Origin: Eledone cirrhosa
Taxonomy: Eukaryota
Length of the DNA: 64,000 bases
Direction of reading: 5' to 3'
Assembly (NCBI GenBank): GCA_964016885.1
Contig: OZ024755.1
Coordinates: 35,340,001-35,404,000 of the forward strand
Shown: piece by piece, positions 62,963 through 64,000 of the stretch
Layout of the letters: each line of letters starts with the position of its first letter
How positions within the stretch are numbered: position 1 is the first letter of the stretch
Program-made: the position numbers and the translations under genes
Notes under the pieces: model-generated
The model's database searches: none
What the model saw: only the letters and a program-made list of their open reading frames with translations
What the model was told of the DNA's origin: nothing

Positions 62963-64000
62963 GAGTGTGTTGCCGTTTTGAATACCTTTCTGCGATTGAA
63001 CTTAAATTGACGCCTGGCAATTAAAGGCCCAACCACACACACACACACACACACTTGTGTTAGGTTTTGTACCCATTTCAACTGCAGCCATACACCAGAT
63101 AATGTAGTAAGTCTTATATTTCAAAATTTAAATTTTGAATTTGTTTTAATTATAAAATTACACCTCAGCTAAAAACACTTTTTATGGCTTTGGAAAATTA
63201 AGACAATATTAAAATTGCTTTTACACTAATACCTAAGTGTCATCTTTCTATGTAAGATGATTTCAATATCTTATTTGAAATTTAAATTGACGGGGGGGGG
63301 GGGGGGGGGGACAAAAAGGTTTGCACCCAAAGGGGGCGCTGGCTTAAAAAAAAGGTTGGGAAACCCTGATTTTTGTTTCACAAATCCACTACATAATGAC
63401 TTTTTAGTCTAAAAGTGATATTTAACCATTATGGATATCATTAAGACCTGAAGAGGCAATAGTTGAAAGATGAACTAAGAGAACACTGTAGAGGGATTCA
63501 GAGTAGACGGGGGAGGAAGAGACGTGTGAGAGAGAGAGAGGAAAAGTAGAGAGGAGAGACAGTGATAAGAGAGAGCAAGAGTGAAAGGGGGAGGAAGGGG
63601 CATGTGAGAGAGAGAGAGAAGTAGAGAGGAGAGGCAGAGTGATAAAAAGAGAGAGCAAGAGTGAAAGGGGGAGGAAGGGGCATGAGAGAGAGAGAGAGAG
63701 GAGAAATAGAGAGGAGAGGTAGAGTGATAAAAAGAGAGAGCCAGGGTGAAAGGGGGAGGAAGAGTGAAATAAAACAACGCTGAAAGAAAATATAATTATT
63801 GTGTCGTCAAGTATGAAATTTGTAGAAATATGTAGAAAAAAAACAAATTTCTACAAATTTCATACTTGACCCAATAAGTCAGAGAACAAAACAATCGGTA
63901 CATGTGTGCATGTGTGCATGTGTGTATGTGTGCATGTGTGCATGTGTGCATGTGTGCACACGTGTGTGTATGAATGTGTATATGTGTAAGGGATATTAAA

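Noticed and set aside
63444-63480. CUGAAGA-ggc(aaua)guu-GAAA motif (similar case at 33600-33635)
   Set aside because: No UH plus stem I complement follows.

Overview
AT-rich eukaryotic non-coding DNA, intergenic or deep-intronic. The repeat repertoire suggests an octopod cephalopod; this is an inference from the tRNA-derived SINEs and RTE tails. No intact host gene, rRNA, true tRNA gene or CRISPR array is supportable, and most listed ORFs are microsatellite artefacts or retroelement debris. The window is a mosaic of tRNA-headed SINEs (more than 25 copies or fragments of one family plus CORE-like SINEs), truncated LINEs (RTE, CR1/L2-like, L1/Tx1-like, CRE-like RLE), a Tc1/mariner transposase remnant, TTAA piggyBac-type and hAT-type MITEs, and micro/minisatellites, several grown inside transposons. 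The most notable signal is at least 7 minimal type I hammerhead ribozyme motifs with intact cores (CUGANGA...GAAA...UH), plus several decayed ones. They belong to at least four unrelated sequence families, sit next to (TA)n tracts, and in two cases form near-perfect palindromes with one hammerhead on each strand. They are most likely pseudo-LTR relics or non-autonomous derivatives of Penelope-like elements. An 85-nt hairpin with strand-biased G-U pairing (60549-60633) is also flagged. All assignments were made by eye, with no database searches.
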